Assembly: GCF_030028105.1 (NCBI RefSeq)
Contig: NC_092379.1
Location: forward strand, 89,887,006 to 89,951,005
Reading direction: 5' to 3'
Origin: Mobula birostris
Lineage: Eukaryota
Length of the DNA: 64,000 bases
Made by a program: the position numbers and the translations under genes. The notes under the pieces were generated by a model that was given only the letters and a program-made list of their open reading frames with translations, was not told where the DNA came from and searched no databases. The number at the start of each line of letters is the position of its first letter. Position 1 is the first letter of the stretch. Positions 13,733-27,709 of this stretch are shown one piece after another.

Positions 13733-14640
13733 AAAGTTCAAAGAAAATTTATGATCTAAGTGCATGTGCTGTATGTCAAGATATTCAACCCTGAGGTTTG
13801 TTTTCTTGTGGGCATATTCAGTAAATCCAATAACCACAATAGAATCAATGACAGAATGTACCCAATAGAGCGGACAGACAGCCAATGTGTAAAAGACAGC
13901 AAGCTGTCCAAATACAAAATAATAAATAATAAATAAGCAATAAATATTGAGAACATTTCAGTGATGGGGCTAATGAAGTTATCTCCACTGGTTCAAGGGC
14001 CTGAGAGTTGAGGGGTAATAACTGTTCCCTGAACCTGGTGGTGTGAAACCTGGAGCTCCTGTACCACCTTGCTGTTGGCAGCAGCGAGAAGAGAGCTTGA
14101 CTTGGGTAGTGGAGGTTCCTGATGATGGATGTTGCTCGCTTCTGACAGCGTTTTGTGTAGATGTGCTCAATGATAGGGGAGCGCTTTATCTATGATGGAC
14201 TGTCTAATGTCCACTACTTTTTGTCAGATTTTCCATTCAGAGGCATTGGTATTACCATACCAGGCTGTAATGCAACTAGTCAATATACTCTCCACCAAAC
14301 ATTTATAGAAGTTTGTCAAAGTTTTAGGTGTCATGTCAAATCTTCGCAAACCCCCCTAAGGAAGTAGAGGCATTGTCATGCTTTCTTTGTGATTGCACTT
14401 GTGTGCTTTGCCTAGGATACATCCTCTGAAATGATAACGCTGAGGAATTTAAATTTGCTGACCCTCTCCACTTCTGATTCCTTGATGTGGACTAGCTCAT
14501 GGACCTCTGGTTTCCTCCCCCTAAAGTCAATAATTAGCTTCTTGGTCTTGCTGACATTGAGAGGTTGTTGTTGTGGCATCTCAGCTGGATTTTCTGTCTA
14601 CGTTCTATATGCTGATTCATCACAACCTTTGATTCAGCTA
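13733..14640 (-). mobile_element. Rex1-like LINE 3' fragment
   Basis: Same 3' tail (tcaaagttcaaag) and body as 6616-7300. Confidence 0.7.
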
Positions 14641-14831
14641 ACAACAAGTCGCTTGCTACTTAAAGGGATTTGAACATAGAATATATGTTCAACGTTCACC
14701 TTTTGTTTTAGTTTTAAGGTTAAACATTTTTCTTTCCAGTAGAATAGTCCTAACCTTAGTCTGTCGAAGAGTAGTCGAGCAATGCTCTGTATAATGGTTA
14801 CACAATGCCTTTAAATATTTTTCTGTTGCAG

Positions 14832-14898
14832 GTCTGCAAGAGGCCATTGTTGCAGCTGCCTGTTCCCGAATCAGCAAGAGCGTTCTTCATGTTGATAG
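14832..14898 (+). CDS. CHM: CHM / REP-1 exon 2
   Basis: Boundaries ttgcag|GT...AG|gtaagc, 67 bp. Translates (G)LQEAIVAAACSRISKSVLHVD(R), matching recalled human REP-1 [23 protein letters not shown]; same length and phase as human exon 2. Confidence 0.95.
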
Positions 14899-14999
14899 GT
14901 AAGCTATAATATCCCACAAATAACATCTTTCATTGAGGGGCCCAGTGAATGATCAGAGTTCTGGCCGTGTCAGTTTAAAAAAAAATCCACTTGTATAAT

Positions 15000-17090
15000 C
15001 TAGAATCTCCAAATGAGTAGATAAAATGAATGATACTCTTTTTATGCGGGCATACTTAGCAAATCTGTAGAACAATGACTGTAACCTGCAAACAAACTCT
15101 GCAATTGCAGATATAAATAAATCACAAAAAATAACGAGCATGCAATAACAATATAAGTGCTTAAATGAGAGTAGTTATCCCCTTTTGTTCAAGAGTTGAA
15201 TTGAATTGACTTTATTTCTTACTTCCTTCAGATACATGAGTAAAAATCTTTATGTTAAGTCTCTGTCTAAATTTGCAACATGCAGTCATAGTAATTTATA
15301 ATAAATAGAACAGTCAATGTAACATAGAAATACACTAAAATTAGCGTGAGTTAATCAGTTTGATGGCCTGGTGAAAGAAGCTGTCCCAGAGCCTGTTGGT
15401 CTTGGCTTTTATGCTATGGAACCATTTCCTGGATGGTAGTAGCTGGAATAGATTGTGGTTGGGGTGGCTCAGGTCCCCAATGATCCTTCGGGCCCTTTTT
15501 ACACACCTGTCCTTGTAAATCTCCTGGATCATGGGAAGTTCACAACTACAGATGCGCAGGGCTGTCCACACCACTCTCTGCAGTGTCCTGCAATTAAGGG
15601 AGGTACAGTTCCCATACCAGGCAATGATGCAGCCAGTCAAGATGCTCTCAATTGTGCCCCTGTAGAAAGTTCTTGGGATTTGGAGGCCCATACCAAACTT
15701 CCTTACAGACCATGTGAGGTCCATGATGATGTGGATGCTGGGGAGCTTAAAGCTGTTTACTCACTCAATCCCTGATCCATCGATGTCAATAGGGGTTAGC
15801 CCATCTCCATTCCTCCTGTAATCCACAACCAGCTCCTTTGTTTTTGTGACATTGAGGGAGAGGTTGTTTTCTTGACTCCACTGTCAGAGAGATGACTACT
15901 TCTCTGTAGGCTACCTCGTTACTGTTTGAGATCAGGCCAATCAATGTAGTGTCATCGGCCTGATGATTTAGTGGTTGTAACTGTTCTTGGAACCTGGTGC
16001 CGCGAGTCCTGAGGCTCTTGTACCTTCTACTTGATGGCATCAGAGAGAAAAGAGCATGGCTTGAGTGGTGAGGATCTTTGATGGATGCTATTTTCTATGG
16101 CAATGTTTCACGTAGATGTGCTCAATGGTTGGGAGGGTTTACATGGGCTGAATCCACTACCTTTTGTAGGATTTTCCACTCAAAGGTATTGGTGTTCCCA
16201 TACCAGAATGTAACGCAGCTAATCAGTGCACTTTCCACCACACACCTATAGTAGTTTGCCCAGGTTTTCGAAGACGTGCCTCCACAGACTTGAGGAAGTA
16301 GAGGTGCTGTCGTGCTTTCTTCACAACAATATTTATATGATGGGTCCAGAACAGGTCATCTGAGATGGTGACACCCAGGAATTTAAAGTTACTAACTCCC
16401 TCCAGTTACTGGCTCATTGTCCTCTGGTTTCCCTGATCTGTGGTCTACAGTTAGTTCCTTGGTCTTATTGACATTGAGAGGTTGTTATGAAATCACTCAG
16501 ACTAGTTTTCAATCTCCCTCCTGTTTGCTGATACAGTCCACAACAGTGGTGTTTATTGCAAATTTGAATTAGTGTTGAAGCTGTACTTAGTCACACTGTC
16601 GTAGGTGTAAAGCGAGTGGAACAGGGGACTATGTATACATCCCTGTGGTGCTCCATTGCTGATGGAGATTGTGGAGGAGATGTTTATGCCAGTCAGAACT
16701 GATTGGGGTCTACAAGTGAGGAAATCCAGGATCCAATTGCACAAGGGGGTATTGAGGCCCTGGTCTTGGAGTTTACTGATTAGTTTTGAGGGGATGATGG
16801 TATTACATGCTGAGCTGTAGTCAATAAAGGGCATCCTGATGTATGCATCTTTGCTGTCCAGATGTTCCAGAGTTGTGTGATAAGCCAATGAGATAGCATC
16901 TCCTGTAGGCCTGTTGCATCATTAGGCGAATTGGAGCGGTTCCAAGTCGCCATTCAGGCAGGAGCTGATATTTTTCACCACCAGCCTCTCAAAACACTTC
17001 ACTGTGGATGTAAGTGCCACTGGGCAATGGCCATATAGACAGTTTATTTTGCTCTTGGGCACTCTCACAATTGAAGCCTGCTTGAAGCAG
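15000..17090 (-). mobile_element. Rex1-like LINE carrying a nested second Rex1-like copy (~15196-15958)
   Basis: Host RT motifs [28 protein letters not shown]. The nested copy starts with a (ttgaa)n tail and encodes FYRGTIESILTGCIIAWYGNC; host sequence resumes at ~15959. Confidence 0.8.
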
Positions 17091-17094
17091 GCTT

Positions 17095-17320
17095 CAATCC
17101 TAAATAGGACCAAGGTCCACATGTTTGTTTACAGAATTGTTAGCGGAAAGCCACCCTTCTAGGAATTCTCTAGCAAGCCGTGTATTAGCTTGCGCCATAA
17201 CTTTCACTGATGCCCAGTTGAACACCTAGCCATCGTAATCTTTACGAGTAGAGACTAGGGAGAGTTGGTCATGCCGCTTTTTATGGCCATTTGTTGTTCA
17301 TGGATCCTTGTGGATAGTTA
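17095..17320 (-). mobile_element. Penelope-like element, GIY-YIG endonuclease C-terminal remnant
   Basis: Minus-strand translation across frameshifts: RIHEQQMAIK..RHDQLSLVS...FNWASVKVMAQANTRLAREFLEGWLSANNSVNKHVDL, typical of the PLE C-terminus. Confidence 0.7.
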
Positions 17321-17548
17321 TTTTGATTTAATTAAATTTCAGTCCAGTAGAGGATATCCAAGTACAGAATTAAATTTTGCTCCTTTGCTAAATAACAATA
17401 TTGACCCTTACCAACAGATTTGCTATTGAATTTTGCATCCAACTTATTGGATAATATGGTATTCATACTTCTGGGTGGCAGTTTCATTTTAAAAAAAAAA
17501 AAAAATGGCTCTGCTCCTTGTGGGGTAAGCTGCTTGTGTACATTGATA

Positions 17549-17680
17549 CTGTGGTGCTAGAAAGTTTGTGAACCCTTCAGAATCTTTTCTATTTCTGCAT
17601 AAATATGACCTGAAATGTGATTGGATCTTCACACGTCCTAAAACTAGATAAAGAGAACCCAATTAAACAAATAACTTAAA
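17549..17680 (+). mobile_element. Tc1-like DNA transposon, single end
   Basis: TA|CTGTGGTGCTAGAAAGTTTGTGAACCC resembles a Tc1 TIR (CAGTG...AAAGTTTG); no partner end found. Confidence 0.55.
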
Positions 17681-19823
17681 TTATACAACTAGAAAAGCAA
17701 CCTGCTATCTTCTGTGTTTAATTGTACAAACAATTGCTATAAGTTACAAGGTTACAGTCTAATAAATGTTGTTCTTACAAGTACTTCCACCACAAATTCT
17801 CTTATGAAATTTTACATGCAATGATTTTCTTTTACTAAGTTTATACTTGAAAACATTTTGCCTTGAAATTGTAGCAAATGTAATCTGTCGCATTGTAATC
17901 GGTAAATATGGAATAAACATTTTTAGTTGATTTAAGAGTGATGTCGAAAGTTTACTGTTCCAAGTTAACATTGGGATTATGCAAATAATCTCAATGCTTT
18001 TGCAGCTCATATGTTTGAATTGTTTATTACTGTGTTTATGAGGAAAGATTTATCGTATTTGAAATGCCTCATAAAAGCTGGAAGATATTTTGCCATTGAC
18101 GTTTGTTCTACAAGAAGCTGATATTGACATTTATAAAACAAGTATGTTAATCTAAGAATTTTTTTTCATAAAACTGGTATAAGCAACAGTATAATTTAAT
18201 GCCTGATTGTACTTTTAAAATGGATCTTAACCCAATTACTTGAATATTGCTTATTTAAAAGGACGGCGGGTAACAGGGTGTTACATCAGAGAGGGTACCA
18301 CATATAGGTCTGTGAAAGGATTGAGAGTCTAGAATAAAGAGTACTTCAAAATAGACGGAATTGCATGGACATTTAAATAATCCAGGCTCTGCGTGCACAC
18401 ACTCACTCTGTTTGCAAACTTCTGTGGGGCAGAGTACTTTTGTGACTATAGCAGAGGTCTGCTTTATAGTTTTGCGTTTTTTAAGGAATTTTGAGGAAGA
18501 AAGTAATCGGGAAAAGAGTGTTGTATTATTGACCAAATATCTCGCTGTAGCCTTGGAGAGATTGATTGGCAAATCCAGCACCTGGATTAGAATTAAAGAA
18601 TGAAGGATTCATTCTGCTCTTCAATGGTTGTACTTCCATAGGAAGGAATTAAATACAGTTTGCAAAAATTAGTGATATTATGACAGTTGCAATTATCTTG
18701 CTATCGACTGGGATAATGGGCAAATAGGAATAAATTATGGTTTTGGCTAGAGAGGTTCCTTATCTGATTTGTTTCCTCTGCAATGATGTAAGCAGTGTTC
18801 AGTCTAGTTTTGGTAAAAGGAGAGAAACATGTTACACCAGAAGAATTTTTGGACAGTGAAAACAATGTAAATATTTTAAGGGAAAACATAGCTCAATATT
18901 ACACAAGGGAATGTAATGGGGATGAAGTCATGAATCTTTTAATTTCATTCACTAACTTGCTTTTTGATAATCATAATTGCTGGAATAAACCCTTTACTCA
19001 TCTCAAAATGAAGCAGGTTACGTGGTTACTCCTGACTTGGTCTGGCGGGGGGGTGGGGGGGGAGAATGCAGGGACTGCAACCTTTTATGACCATCAGTAA
19101 CATGAACCTTACTTGCCTGACTCTACTGGAGCAAAGAGGTTTTATTTTCCATTTAAGTTTTAATTTCAGCTGTGCAATGGTGATTTGTAAAGTTTAAGTG
19201 GAAGTTAACATTTTCAATGCTGTTGTGTGCAACAATCAACAAACATAAAATTGAGCAATGTTTGTACTCATTTTGATTTCCTGTGTATCAGATACTGTCA
19301 CTGCTTAAATTTGGTTTTAAGCCAGTGACTCTTACTGCTCCTGTTGGAAGCAAGCAAGACCTCTCCATTTTGAGGAATGTACTGATAACTATTATAGTTC
19401 AGTCTTCATAATAATTGTGTTACTAGACTAATCTTCAGAAGGCTAAAGCATTGATGCATCCATGTATAGCAGCAAGGGAATTTAAATTCAAGTATTCTAA
19501 GCTGGAATTCAGTATATAGAATCAGCAAAGTGATCATGAAACTTGCTGTTGTAAAATCTTATCTGCTTTATCAACGTAATTTGGAGAGAAAATTTGTATC
19601 CTTTCCATGGTTTCCTGCTTGTTATTTCAGTGTATTTAACTTGTGACTGGCCAGTGAAATGGTCTTTTGAGCAATTAATATTGGCAATAAAGGCCAGCTT
19701 TGTCAGCAATGTCCAAGCCACATGTACTAACAAAAAATTTGTGTTCAAGGTGTATGACAATTCTCAAAGAATAAGCACTTCAAACCTCATGATTTATTAC
19801 CTTTTTTAAAAAATCTCTTGCAG

Positions 19824-19896
19824 AAACAACTACTATGGAGGGAACTGGGCCAGCTTTAGCTTTTCTGGATTACTGTCCTGGATTGAAGAATGCAGA
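19824..19896 (+). CDS. CHM: CHM / REP-1 exon 3
   Basis: Boundaries ttgcag|...|gtgagt, 73 bp. Translates [24 protein letters not shown], which contains the REP-specific [17 protein letters not shown] motif. Confidence 0.97.
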
Positions 19897-21159
19897 GTGA
19901 GTTGTTTTGACAGTTTACATGAATGTTTTTAGTATGCTGAACCTGCAGGCCTGGAATTGCCACAAGCTTGCAAGCCTTCCCCTCGCTGAAAGTAAATGGA
20001 CTATCCCTCTGTCAAACCTGGAGTCGAATGGCAAGATCTGGGCAGCGGTTGGGCTTTGAATAGCCAGTTTTGGAGGACTAACTTCATAATCCAGAGAACT
20101 GCCAAAGCCAAAAGCAGAAGATTGTCTGATGTAAAAATTGAAGTTATTTTACTAACTAAATTTCAGATTCCGTGTTATTTATAAGGTGTTAATATTGAAA
20201 TATGTAAAACATTAATCTTAAAAAATAGTTAAAACATTATTTTAACATATCTCATAATTTAAGTGTAATAATCAATAGTTCTAAAAACCCAATAAACTAA
20301 AAAGTTAAATTGGCGGAGGACACAATCAAAATTCTCCAGTGTAATTTGGAAACTTGGAAATCTGGAACTCTCAAATGCAGGGTTCAGAACTTCAGCGGCA
20401 CACATGATGTCTAGAACATGCTGTTTAAATGTTTGATCACCTGTAAGTCCGATAAGAATAATGGCAAAACTGACCACACTGCAGTTCAATATGTATGTTT
20501 ATTTGAACTAGAATGTTAGAGATTCTTGTATCAAGATATCTTGTCAACGCACTTAAAAAGAACTATTGAATCTTTAAATGAGTCAGTTCTTTTCAATGTT
20601 ATGGGTTACTTGGGTATCTATTCATTACTTGATATGTTCCTGTGCATTGAGGCTACTGTAAAACATTTTTGCATTTTTTACATAAATTGTGTACGCATTC
20701 TGAAATTGGCTGAAATCTTATGAAGCAAAGATCAACAAGCAGAAGCTGTTACTTCAGTCCAATGTAATCTGTTCATGAAAAAAGTATTCCTAATGTTTCT
20801 GGGTTTTTCTTTGATTAATGGCAGATTTCTTCAGTATACTATTGGTTCCTTTACATTGCAGTTAATAAGTGGTTAATTTTAGCAAGTAGTACAGACATTG
20901 TGCATCTGTGCAACAATAATGGCAATATGCCCAAACCAAAAATTTGGCATTTTTAGCTGTAATGCTTCCTGTTGTTTAGGACTGTGTGTTTGTATGTATA
21001 TATAAATATATTCTCTGACCTTTTTGTGATTCACTTTAAGGTGGAAATTTCCTTTTAAATAAGTAGATGACTATTCACCATGTCCTAAATATTTTTTAAT
21101 ACTTAACTGAGTACTGTAATCAGCAGGCACAGAACTACCAACAAAAGGCATCTTCAATC

Positions 21160-22482
21160 TTACTGCTGCATTCAGAGATTCCCATCTGCCTCAAAAGGGC
21201 GACAATCATACCAGTGCCAAAGAAAAGCAGGGTGAGCTGCCTCAAGGAACAATTGCCCAGTGGCACTCACATGTACTCTGAAGTGTTTTGAGAGGTTGGT
21301 CGTGGTTAGAATCAAGGAACTGGACTCACTGCAATTTGCCTATCCCCACAATCGGTCCCCTCACTGGCTCTCCACTGGGCCTTGGGTCACCTAGGCAATA
21401 GTAATATCTATGTCAGGCTGCTGTTTATTGACTACAGGTCAACATTCGACACAATCGTACCCTTGGTTCTAATCAACAAGCTCCAAAATGTGAGTCTCTG
21501 TACCACCCTCTGTAACTGGATCCTTTACTTCCTCACTGGGAGACCACAGTCTCTGCGGATTGAAAATAACATCTCCTTCTCAATAGCAACGTACACCCAC
21601 AATTGTGTGGCTAGGCCCAGCTCAAATGCCACTTATAAATTTGCTGATGACACAGCAATAGTTTACAGGATTTCAGATGGTGGCACGGAGGTATACAGGA
21701 GCCAGATAGATCAGCAGGTTGAGTGGTGTCACAACAACAACCTTGCCTTCAATGCCATTGAGACCAAGGAATTGATTGTGGACTTCAGAAAAGGGAAGTC
21801 GCGAGAATACAGTACACATCAGTCTTCGAGAGGTCAGAGAAAAAAGTGAGCAGTTTTAGGTTCCTGGATGTCAACTTATGAGGATCTATCCTGGGCCCGA
21901 TTATATTGATGCAACAACAAGGGAGGTATGGCAATGGCTATTTTTCAGTAGAGTTTTGGAAGAACTGGTACATCACAAAAGACTCAAATTTCTACAGATG
22001 TATCATGGGGAACATTCAAACTTGTAGCACTGCCTGGCGTGGAGGGGCCACTGCACAGCATCAGAAAAAGCTGCAGACGATTTTATACTCAGCCAGTTCT
22101 ATTATGGATACTAGCTTCCCCAGCATCCGCGACACCTTCTGAAGACAATGCCTTGGAAAGGCGGCATCTATCTATATAGGATCCCCATCACTCAGGACGT
22201 GCCCTTTTCTCATTGCTGCCCTTGAGGTGGTACAGCAGCCTGAAGACCTCTTCTTCCTCGGAAGACAGCTTCTTCCTCTTCTGACCGTCATATTTCTGAA
22301 TGGACAATGAACACGAGCATTACCTTAGTATTTCCCCTCCTTTTTGCCTACATATTTAATTTAATTTTTATTTTTAGATATACTTAGTGTAATTTATAGC
22401 ATTTATTATATATTGCAATGTAATGCTGCTGGAAAACAACAAACTTCACGACATGTGCCAGTGATATTAAACCTGATTCTGA
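21160..22482 (+). mobile_element. Rex1-like LINE, 5'-truncated
   Basis: YVRLLFIDYRSTFDTIVP, KFADDT, WCHNNNL; 3' tail aaacctgattctga. Confidence 0.82.
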
Positions 22483-22803
22483 GTAAAAGAAGAAAGTGGA
22501 CTTTGTCATTTCTATCTTAAAATGCATTTCAATATGTTAAACAACTCAAAATTAGGAAGTTCATAAAAACTGTTCTACTCATTTTTGAAAAAAGGTATTT
22601 GTTTCAAATTTATTGATAGTAAACTGAGTATTCATTTTAATTGCTTTATAGAGTGGAAAGAACCTTGTGTTTCGTAGCTTCAGTAAATTTGAATTAGTTC
22701 ACTAACAAGTTCTTTGAACTACATCAGATGATATGCAAACTATACTTTGTAGTATATTTGTTAGTACTAATATTCCTTTCACTTGATTTCAATTCTTTAT
22801 CAG

Positions 22804-22925
22804 GGACAAAAATCTAATAATGCAGAAGTTAACTGGAAGGACAAGATACTGGAAGGTGAAGATGCCATTGAACTTGATCAAATTGATAAGTCCATTAAAA
22901 ATGTGGAAGTCTTCTGTTTTGCAAG
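22804..22925 (+). CDS. CHM: CHM / REP-1 exon 4
   Basis: Boundaries tatcag|...AG|gtttgt, 122 bp. Translates GQKSNNAEVNWKDKILEGEDAIELDQIDKSIKNVEVFCFA, cf. human WQDQILENEEAIAL...TIQHVEVFCYA; phase fits the neighbouring exons. Confidence 0.93.
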
Positions 22926-25900
22926 GTTTGTCTTAGAAAAGTTTTATTTTTTCCTTAGGGAAATTATCCCACTCTGGTATGTTGGTACTGCAGATTATTA
23001 AACTCAGAATGCAGCTTTACTAGAGTTCATTGAAATTCAGGACTATCTTTTTCTAAACAATGACAGGAATTTTTCTGGCTACTCTTTACTCTTCAGTCCT
23101 GTATGAGAATATAAAAAAGTGAAATGGAAACATGATATCACTTTGTCTACCAACACTTCTGGGTACTTCGTTGAATCGGTAGTATGACTTGGGCAACCAT
23201 GTCCACATTGACCAGCAAGGATCTTTTTGAACCAATCTCATTGTCCTGTTCTTAGTAATGACCATGTGGACCTTGTGTGCTATAACCTACCATCCCAGGT
23301 GCTTTAAAATGTCAGGGTGTCTCCACCACCCTTTCAGGCAGTTCCTCCAGCTTGCATCTTTGAATGAAACACATTTTTCTTCATCTACCCTCTGAGCCTT
23401 TTTTTAAAAAGAAAGTGAGTTCCCTCTGATAAGAGAAATAAGTTCCTCTCATATGAATGCTGTACATCTCGATTGTGTCTTTGTTCAAGACTCAATTTGT
23501 TTTTGATTTAAGTATAAAACAAGCAGTCTGATATTTAAATCGCATATCAGATATTTAAATTGTGCTTTTACGAAAAGTTTTAGCATAACTATTTGGAACC
23601 ACATTGTAACCACATTGTAAACGTGTAAATGACATTGAAGCTGTGTTTCTTTGGGTGTTGAAAGGCTGTCTCCCTTAACATTGTGATACAAAGGTTTTGG
23701 GATATGCAGAGTAAACACCTGCTTTTTGATGGGACTGCTACATGATGTAGGGAACAAACTGCAGTGTGCCTCATTTTTAAGAAGCAGGGCTAGCAACTAA
23801 AGTGATTTGAGAACCAGCAATTGCAGAACCTCCTAATATCCGCATTAGGAACTGGTTTGAGGTTTCCTGCACTACTAACTACAATCTTATGAGTCAGGTG
23901 GCACAACTATCATCTAGTTCGACCTCTTAAAAACCTCTACCAAGGCTGGCCTACATCTGTTGGAGGACAGTTGTTGCTACCTAATGCCCTGAAGAACTGC
24001 AAACTGCTTTCCTTGTGATTTCAACCTGCCACTGGTCAAGTCAACAGAGATTTGTTATATTGTGATGGGATATCACTCGGGGAAGTGGGGGGGGGGGGCG
24101 GGGGGGGCTGGAATAAAAGCTGATCCTTTGCAATTGCCTCGCAGGGAAGAACAAATAATTTCCAAATTGGAAATGGAGATTCAGTAGCTCTGCACTGACT
24201 ATCAAATACGTTCATGTCATCTGATGACACTAATCAAATAGGCTGAGTGCTGTTATACCATTTTAGACCTTCTACCCAAGAAGAGCTCATTAAATTCTCT
24301 GTACTGCTGCCTGGCTTATCGAACACCTTCAAGTTGCAACTACTGAGAGATTTTGACCTTTCTGGAACTTGAAGAGTAGCTTCACTTACCCTTCTGCCTC
24401 ACTGCAGTCAACTGATGCTTGGTATCTCCCCATATGAAACACATTCCTGCTCTCTTCCCTCCCTCCCAACCACCCTGCCCACAATGTGATGTGGGTAAGC
24501 TCAGTAAGAATATTACGGCCCCTTAAAGATAAGTGGAGGGAAAGGTAGTGTTGCAGAAGGATTTAGACAGATGAGGAGAATGGGTAAAGAAGTGGCAATG
24601 GAATACACTGCAAGAAAGTGTATCATCATGTTACTTCTAAGACGCATTGAAATTATACATGCCATTCCTTGGACTCCGCTGCTGCTGGCTCACCCTGCTG
24701 TAGGCTTACCAGATCCAGCATATTCTCTTCAAAAACCTCCATCTGACTTCCGGTCTCCCACAATGTATGCGGGTTCTTGCATGAGGCGGTTGAGTGAATG
24801 TAGATATTGCATCTAAGATGATTGTGGGATAGCTGTGGAGTGAATGTGGATGTAACAGGATTAATGGACTAGGTGTATTGCTGAATTAATGGAAGTGATT
24901 ATTTGGTGTGCATGATAAGTAATTAAACTTTCATAGATCATATCACATCTTGATGGTTACTCATGGCAGCAGTGAGAATTTGACCACGACCCTGCTTAAT
25001 GAATAGTATCTTGGTCTCTGCCAAAGAATTTTTAACATTGGCTATGGCTAATGAAATTAGTGGAGGCAGATTCAATTGTCGCATTTACAAGGGAGCGGGA
25101 AGAGTCTCAGAGTATAATTTGCAGATCCTTGGAGAGTGTGAACAAAATCGGATTAGCAAGATTGCTTTTATGTAGAGTTGATATTGGGCTCAACAGGCAA
25201 ATGCTATGATTCTGAGGCTGCATAGGAAAGATCATCTTATTACAAACATGGGTCAAATTTTTATTCAAAAGAGTAAATCTAAGCTGTTTGGAGCATCAGT
25301 TTGAGTCTGTTTAATTTTTGTGGTAATTTGAATCTCTCATTGTTCTGGCAAGCCACAGGTGTAAGTATTTTTGCTTAAACAGTTTGGTTGTTCAAAGTAC
25401 ATTTATTAAAGTATGTATACGTTATACAACCTTGAGATTCGTCTCCTACCAGGCAGGCATGAAACAAAGAACCCATTTTAAAAAAAGGACTGCTTGGATG
25501 ATAGTTTTTGCGTGAAGGAGAAGTTTGTGGTTTGAGAGTTTTTATTTTTTTTTGTGCGGAGAGATGTCTATCTTTCAACTGCTATGGTTTTCTGTATTTT
25601 ATGGCTGTCTGGAGAAGACGAATGTCAGGGTTGTATTCTGCATACATACTTCAATGATAAAATGAACCTTTTAAACCTTTTTAAATCCAGTCTGCAGGGG
25701 GGAAAAAAAACAAATCATGCCAACAATAAATGAAAGCAAAAAGCATTCTAAACTGAAGTCCACACAGTCCGTCGCCAAACACTTATTTAGCGTAGAGCCA
25801 AGTAAACACCGCAGAGCAGCAAACTGAACCAGCTTGTCCCCATCCTCTACGCCAACACCCGACCTTTTCAATCCAGCCTGGCACCTAAATTGTTGGTCCA

Positions 25901-26630
25901 GATATCTGGTTCAGTTGCGCCGGAGGCTGGATCCCAGATCTCATCACGTTGATTCGGCCTGTACCCGACCTTTCCGATTCGACCCGGTGCTTAAGTCAGT
26001 CGATCATCCGGTCTTCCTCACTCTTGGCAATGGGCCCTCTGCCTCTCCTCACCTTGGTTCTGCCACTTCAAGTTGCCTCCAAGTCCAAAGGGAGCTTACA
26101 AACTATTGTTTGCAATGATAGTTTACCAGAAAAGTATTTACCAACAAAGTATTTAGTTGTTTTCCTTGTTTCATCAGCCACCAGCCAGAAGTCACTGAGG
26201 TTCACCCTATATCATAGCCTTAATTGGATCCAATAATTTTCCATTTGGTTTTCCATTCTGTTTGTAAATCCTTGAACATTTTATAAGCAGTGTTTGTACC
26301 TTTTATAACTTGTTTTCTTTTCATTGACCTCCAACCAACAAAATGCAATCATGTAAGCAAACTCAAGATGTGTGGAGTTTCGGCCTGACATGTCACCTGT
26401 ATTTTTGATGTGCCTGGCCTGCTGAGTTCCTCCAGCATTTTGTGTGTGTTACTCGGATTTCCAGCATCTGCAGATTTTCTTTTGTTCGATGTTGTGTGAT
26501 TGTTTTCTTTCCCCATTTTTGGGGTGAGTCACTGAGATTCCGATAGGAAAATAAAGATGGGGTAGACCATTTACCCCTTGTTTTATATGATATTTCTGCT
26601 TTGCAATGACTTTTTTTTTCTATTTGATAG

Positions 26631-27075
26631 CACAGTTGCAGAAGATGATGTTGTGGAAGAAGGAGCACTTGAGAATAAGCAATGTAATGTAAGTTCCAGT
26701 AGTGCGGTAGAGGATGGAGCAGTGAGCAGCCAAGATGAGAAAAATCAGATGTCTAAGTGTACAAGCAACAGTGAAGAAAATCCAGAAAATATCAAGGTCA
26801 AAGATACTTTGCATTCCACAAAGGAAGTTTCAACTGAAGTAATTCAACCAGAAGACAAACCTTCATGTGCAGACGTTCCTTCATCCACCACCAATGATAC
26901 AAGTCTGGCCAAAGAATTGATTGCTAATGATGTAGCTTCAGTTGAGATTGAAGCTGACAGTGTAGAACACACTACTGATGTTCCTGCTCAAGAAGATAAA
27001 AATCAAACCAAAAAATGGACTTACTCACAAATTATTAAGAATGGCAGAAAATTTAACATTGATTTAACTTCAAAG
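26631..27075 (+). CDS. CHM: CHM / REP-1 exon 5 (acidic REP-specific insert)
   Basis: Boundaries ttgatag|C...AAG|gtaatg, 445 bp open frame. Begins TVAEDDVVEEGAL and ends WTYSQIIKNGRKFNIDLTSK (human [20 protein letters not shown]). Confidence 0.95.
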
Positions 27076-27592
27076 GTAATGACTTTCTACTTCAGTAATA
27101 TTTTAAGATGTTTATAAATGTGACCATGGAAGTTAGAAGTAGGGCTTGTGCTTTGTGGAATTTTGTATTGTGGTTTGGATTGATATGATTTGCATGGAGC
27201 AGTTCTGAGCCTCCTTAGGTTATACATATGGGCAGTCTGTGTTCATTGACTGTTGTTGGCATTTAAGCGCCATCTGTGTTCAGTTCTGTGCTGAAATCGA
27301 GCACAAATAACCTGGAGAAATATTTATTTACTGCCATGAAACTTCTAATTCCACTTTTCATTATACTATGCGAAGGACTGTTGCAGGTTCTTGGCACTTC
27401 TGCTTGTCAATAAATCTTGAGAAGCAAACTCATGAGTTTATAGTGTCTTTATATATGTAAATACTAAGATTTTTGTAAAGTTTATGTACCATACAGAAAG
27501 AAGGCACCTAAAACCAATAGTGACCTTAAAATAAAGTTGAGTTTCAGATGAATGTCTCACTGAAATGTAACTGAGATTTTGTGTTCTTCCAG

Positions 27593-27709
27593 TTTTTGTA
27601 TTCCCGTGGTTCTCTTGTCGATCTTCTTATCAAATCCAATGTCAGTCGGTATGCTGAATTCAAAAATATTAACAGGATACTTGCTTTTCAAGGAGAAAAT
27701 GTTGAGCAG
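27593..27709 (+). CDS. CHM: CHM / REP-1 exon 6
   Basis: Boundaries ttccag|...CAG|gtatcg, 117 bp. Translates [39 protein letters not shown]. Confidence 0.97.

Noticed and set aside
17759-19100. Short ORFs in intron 2 (18255-18581, 18361-18603, 18795-19100) as a nested gene
   Set aside because: No recognisable protein similarity or coherent splice chain; lengths are as expected by chance.
24080-24108. G-runs (also 11811-11821, 19043-19062) as functional G-quadruplexes
   Set aside because: Simple homopolymer tracts prone to slippage and sequencing error; no supporting context.
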